Positions 33,663-37,692 of a stretch of 37,692 nt of DNA are shown here, in pieces. The stretch is from a virus (Duplodnaviria; Caudoviricetes): positions 1-37,692 of the IMG/VR virus record IMGVR_UViG_3300020016_000163; one strand, written 5' to 3'. Position 1 is the first letter of the stretch. The number at the start of each line of letters is the position of its first letter. Made by a program: the position numbers and the translations under genes. The notes beneath the pieces are model-generated. The model did no database searches, was not told where the DNA came from, and was given only the letters and a program-made list of their open reading frames with translations.

Positions 33663-35360
33663 GGCCTTATCGCCCTTAGCTTTCTTCAAAAACTCTCGCG
33701 CTTTCGTTTCCGTCAACATCCTTTGCGGGACTGCGATATCCTCTGGCATCACACTACCGCCTGAATTATTCGCCATACCCCACTTTGCCTTTAGAGCATT
33801 GTCGAAATCATGGTTTTGAAGGTATTGCTGTTCATTAAGTTCATTTACCTTGTACCTTTGCTCAGAAGGCGTAAACATCTCATTGGCACGCATTCCAGGC
33901 GGCAGAGCCGTTTCAGGAAAAATAGACCCTCTCTGATCCCCAATGGCCTGTTTACCCTTATTGAGTAACCCCGAAGTAACCTGTCCTGGGACACCTGTTA
34001 TGGTATCGGCCATCTCTGACCCTCCGCGCAACAAACGCCCAGCGCCAAGTGTTGCCTTTGCCAATTTAGGGCCAAAGACTTTCCCAGCCGTATCTAGAGG
34101 ATGCTTAAAAATAGATGTGGGTTTAACACTCTCTTTGGAAGCGGCTGATTTAATGTCAGGCAATACGCGGGCGTAGCGTGAAAATCCAGCATTGGCGTTG
34201 CGTAGGTTATTGGCAAGTTCAGGTTGATTGACAGATGAAGCTATGTCTTCAACCATGCCGTCTCGAATATCGGCCAGCTTTCCGTAGATACCTTTGATGA
34301 TTTTGGTGTGATCGTCCGATGCGGTTTTGAGCATCTTGCCCATTTTCCGCATTTCGCCCGTAACGTTGTCGATGGATATAAACCCATTGTTGGCTTCAGC
34401 TTCCTTGGCAAGACTGTTATAGGCCGCCCGATGAAAACGACTCTCAAATCTATCGTTTGGATATCCAGAATCTCTCAGTTCGTTAGCCTTGTCCAGAAAC
34501 GTCTTAATAACTGGCGTGGCGTCCACTTTCAAAGGATCGGCCAATTCAGGATATTCGCCTAGTCCACGATTCGTCTTGCGGATCGCATCAAGAGCAGACC
34601 CTACCTGTTTGCCGTATTGGTCGTGCATCTTCTGAGCTTGTGTAAATCCTTCGGTTGGACCTTTCCCAGATAGTCCTTCATCGGCCAATTTCATTCCAAG
34701 GCCAACACCTACCTGACCCGGATTTGCTTTGCGGGACATATCTTCAACAGTACCGCCTCGAATTCCTAATGATTCATTAACACCACGCGCTCCGGCCCTT
34801 TCAAGGAAATTTGGTTCAGCTCCAGCAAAGGCTTTCCGCGCTGCTCCCGTTGCCATTCCTGCACCCTTAAATAAAGGGGCTACTGTTGAAGCTACACCCA
34901 GCGGAACACTGATCGGTCGCTCTCTAAATTTCTTGCCTATCTCTGTTTGGCCCATTGGGACATTCTCAAATGGGGCTTTAATAAGACTGCCAGTATCCTT
35001 TAAGCCTTGCCAGGCAGCATCGCCAGCACCTTTCGCTACATCCCATGCCCCTTCTGCCCCTTGTCCTATGGGTGTTTGCATAAACGGCTTACCTTGCATC
35101 ATCTGGACACCCGTTTGGGGCAACGCATCTGGCAACGTGGCGCGCCCAATCTTCATAGCAGTACCAATTTGTTGCTTTAACATGGACGGGGATTGCTTAA
35201 CACCTTCCATGGCGTTCCGCCCCACGTCACCCCAATAGTCACCGCTATCGCTACTTTCAAGATGGTTAAGCAATCCGGGATCCGTTACAGGTTTTAATCC
35301 CGCTGGTTGATTTGAGGACTCAAGTTGAGAAAGAAGACTCGGATCAGTTACTGGCTTCAT
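33621..35360 (-). CDS. Internal virion/ejection protein
   Basis: Helical Ala/Gly-rich; N-terminal tandem KPVTDP.LL..LES; likely start 35360. Confidence 0.7.
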   Translation of the reverse strand: MKPVTDPSLLSQLESSNQPAGLKPVTDPGLLNHLESSDSGDYWGDVGRNAMEGVKQSPSMLKQQIGTAMKIGRATLPDALPQTGVQMMQGKPFMQTPIGQGAEGAWDVAKGAGDAAWQGLKDTGSLIKAPFENVPMGQTEIGKKFRERPISVPLGVASTVAPLFKGAGMATGAARKAFAGAEPNFLERAGARGVNESLGIRGGTVEDMSRKANPGQVGVGLGMKLADEGLSGKGPTEGFTQAQKMHDQYGKQVGSALDAIRKTNRGLGEYPELADPLKVDATPVIKTFLDKANELRDSGYPNDRFESRFHRAAYNSLAKEAEANNGFISIDNVTGEMRKMGKMLKTASDDHTKIIKGIYGKLADIRDGMVEDIASSVNQPELANNLRNANAGFSRYARVLPDIKSAASKESVKPTSIFKHPLDTAGKVFGPKLAKATLGAGRLLRGGSEMADTITGVPGQVTSGLLNKGKQAIGDQRGSIFPETALPPGMRANEMFTPSEQRYKVNELNEQQYLQNHDFDNALKAKWGMANNSGGSVMPEDIAVPQRMLTETKAREFLKKAKGDKALARKMASGEGWSF

Positions 35361-36660
35361 ACCATTGGTCTCCATGTTTCTCATATCGTTTCCCATTAAT
35401 AACTCTCATTTGAGGAGGTTGATTGTTAACAGTTTGTGCATTGCTGGAACTTGGCTGATTGCCCATTCCAGCCTTAGACTGTGCAGCTTGCGCTTTTTGT
35501 TGGAGCATCTTAATTACGTTATTCATCGCAATTTCACGCTCAGTCTGACTCATCCCCTCTGCTGCACCATAAACTTCATTCAAGTATTGTCTTTCAGAAT
35601 CTGAAAGTTGACCACCAAATGTCGATTTAAGAACTTTTGACACTTGCGATTTAAGCGAATTAACCACAGTGGCCGTATTCTTGAATTGCTCGTCATTTTG
35701 ACCCATGTTAAGAGCGGATTTGCCCTTCATTATCATCCCGCCAAATTTACCACCATACGAATTCTTATTCAGTGAAATAGCCTGTGTGATGTCTTGGATC
35801 GCTCCACCGACAATGGCATCCATTTCCCTAGATTCGGATTCCATTTTCGATCTGTCTCTGAATGGAATATGTGCAGGTGGTGGGCTAGAAGTTGTGCCTC
35901 CCCCGGAATTATTCGTCGGAGTGCCAGCAGGTGTATTTCTTGGCATTACAGTTGGGTAAAATTTGTATTCCCCTGTAAATGGATCTTGATGCCATGTCCC
36001 CTTATTCCCTGATGGACCACCGCTTCGCATCATCTCAGCCTTTGCACGCAATTCGTCCATTTGCGCTTGTTGGAGATCGTGTGCATCACTTTCCTTAAAC
36101 ATATTCAGTGCTTCGCCGCGGCGTTTGGCCCCCGGCATATTCATAACCTGGGAATAGCGACTTAATGGGTCAGATCCTTTGCCTGTTCCGCCATAATCAG
36201 CGTGATCGTACATGGAAGGCATTCCCATTGATTTCCATGTGTTGAAGTGCGAGGTGTGGTCTATGGGTTGAGGTTGCGAAGCGGGTCCTTGTGAAGCATA
36301 GGCATCCTGGCCCGTTTGCATGGAGAAGTTGGGTTGTTCTGGTGGAGTTTGGGGTTGTGGACCCATAGTTCCCTGAGAGCCCCAGGCTGACGGAGACGGC
36401 GCAGCAGCGTCCGGTGTTCCACCACCATATCCGCCACTGGCCATTGGATCGCCATATTCATAGTTGTACATGCCCTGATCCCTAGTTTCTTTCTGCTTTT
36501 GCAAATCGAGCATGGCTTGTCTAACTTTGTTTTGCTGTTGCTGTTGGCCGTACTTCTGCCAGTCATCACCAATCCCGCCAATCGTCTGAGTTAAATTTTG
36601 CAGACTTTGGCGATCCCGATTTCTGTCTGGTTCGTACGGCGGTCTAAATTCAAGTACCAT
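35344..36660 (-). CDS. Internal virion/ejection protein
   Basis: Q/G/P-rich, FGGQLSDSER.YL motif, C-terminal RVINGKRYEK..DQWYE; AAGGA RBS. Confidence 0.7.
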   Translation of the reverse strand: MVLEFRPPYEPDRNRDRQSLQNLTQTIGGIGDDWQKYGQQQQQNKVRQAMLDLQKQKETRDQGMYNYEYGDPMASGGYGGGTPDAAAPSPSAWGSQGTMGPQPQTPPEQPNFSMQTGQDAYASQGPASQPQPIDHTSHFNTWKSMGMPSMYDHADYGGTGKGSDPLSRYSQVMNMPGAKRRGEALNMFKESDAHDLQQAQMDELRAKAEMMRSGGPSGNKGTWHQDPFTGEYKFYPTVMPRNTPAGTPTNNSGGGTTSSPPPAHIPFRDRSKMESESREMDAIVGGAIQDITQAISLNKNSYGGKFGGMIMKGKSALNMGQNDEQFKNTATVVNSLKSQVSKVLKSTFGGQLSDSERQYLNEVYGAAEGMSQTEREIAMNNVIKMLQQKAQAAQSKAGMGNQPSSSNAQTVNNQPPQMRVINGKRYEKHGDQWYEASN

Positions 36661-36672
36661 GATTTATCCTTT

Positions 36673-37683
36673 CTACTTAAAGGCTGTATACATTTGCCCG
36701 GCAGAATTACCTGTTTTTAGTCCCATATTCAAGTAATCCATCCATCCTGGCTTGTTCTGGTTATTGAGAGAAGACATATAGTCATTCTTCTGCGTGTTGT
36801 AGTCCGTAATGTTGTTCAGGCGATCATTCATGCTCTGCCGCGCCCCATAAATCCCCTGAGTGTTTTGATTAATCTGATTTTGAACTTGCCCTTGCGTATT
36901 CTGATAGCCCTGCAACGCCGCCTGTTTGTTCCCGCCGTACTGACCCGCCGATAACTGCGCCATATACTGACCACGCTGGCTATTGAGTTGGCTAGCTAAC
37001 TGCGTCAAAGCAACGTCTAAGGCCGGACTGGTTGCCCTTCCCATCTGGGCGTACTGTTGAGCGATGTTGCCTTTCTGGGTGTTAAAGAAGTCCGTATCTG
37101 ACTTTTGAAGGTCTTGATCTAAACCGCTTCTGAACTGCGTATCCTGGGCGTTCTGGTACTCCGGCGTTGACTGGATAAACTGTTGGATTTGGTACGGATC
37201 AGCCTGACCGCTGGAAATTAATGTCCCGTAATGTTGAAGTTCGTCCTGGGTTGCTTGCCGTCCGAGCATTGAATTAATGATCTGACTTATCGAATCGTAA
37301 TGCTGGCTTGCACCTTGCGCCCATTGTTTCTGTTGGTTGGCATAAATGTTGGCTGGGGTATTGGATTGACCTTGGTAGTATTGAGCGACCGCCTGGTTCC
37401 CCTGGGCCGTATTAGCGATATTCGGATCACCTGCATAAGCTCCCGAAAACTGAGCTAATTCGCTGGCCGTTGGGTTTCGGCCGAACAGTTTGTAAAACTC
37501 TTTTCCAGCATAATATTCCTGGGCAACGTCACCTCCGCCAGTGCCTTGCCATTGTCCTTGACCCCACTGTGCATTTTGAAAGTCAGTTGATACAGGCGTT
37601 TCGCCATTTTGCGGGTCATAAACCGTTGAGGTTTGAGGAGTTGTGTTTTGAGAATTTGGCTGAAATTGCATTGTTTGTGCCAT
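36673..37683 (-). CDS. Internal virion/pilot protein
   Basis: Gln-rich helical; two (F/L)GR..T..EL repeats; first of three ejection-type genes. Confidence 0.65.
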   Translation of the reverse strand: MAQTMQFQPNSQNTTPQTSTVYDPQNGETPVSTDFQNAQWGQGQWQGTGGGDVAQEYYAGKEFYKLFGRNPTASELAQFSGAYAGDPNIANTAQGNQAVAQYYQGQSNTPANIYANQQKQWAQGASQHYDSISQIINSMLGRQATQDELQHYGTLISSGQADPYQIQQFIQSTPEYQNAQDTQFRSGLDQDLQKSDTDFFNTQKGNIAQQYAQMGRATSPALDVALTQLASQLNSQRGQYMAQLSAGQYGGNKQAALQGYQNTQGQVQNQINQNTQGIYGARQSMNDRLNNITDYNTQKNDYMSSLNNQNKPGWMDYLNMGLKTGNSAGQMYTAFK

Positions 37684-37692
37684 CGTAGTTCT

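Noticed and set aside
1-37692. Stop-codon recoding or a diversity-generating retroelement
   Set aside because: Genes are full length and tightly packed under the standard code; no reverse transcriptase or TR/VR pair seen.

Overview
The window is most of a ~40 kb tailed-phage genome of podovirus type (P22-like portal, N4-gp56-family capsid), read almost entirely on the minus strand. Both edges fall inside the virion operon (left edge within the tail nozzle gene, right edge at the first ejection-protein gene), so the ends probably join through a short missing piece. Order in transcription direction: ejection proteins, fibre-like proteins, lysis (M15-type endolysin, holin-like); terminator; early region with two sigma70 promoters and several secreted proteins; control region (promoter, GCCTAC repeats, structured leader); Xis-like HTH, replication initiator with iterons, DNA methyltransferase, Sak4/SSB-like recombination genes; terminases, portal, scaffold, major capsid; a ~7 kb sugar-modification cluster (DegT aminotransferase, three glycosyltransferase genes, three short repeat-containing peptides); head-tail adaptor; tail nozzle. 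No integrase, CI-like repressor, polymerase or helicase is recognisable. Most unusual: Sec-type signal peptides and paired cysteines on putative tail proteins, the glycosylation cluster with embedded repeat peptides, a 127-nt tRNA-like element ending in CCA, and hairpins exposing CCUCC. All family calls are from motif recognition by eye; no searches were run. Where a start differs from the ORF track, it was chosen from RBS or stop/start overlap.
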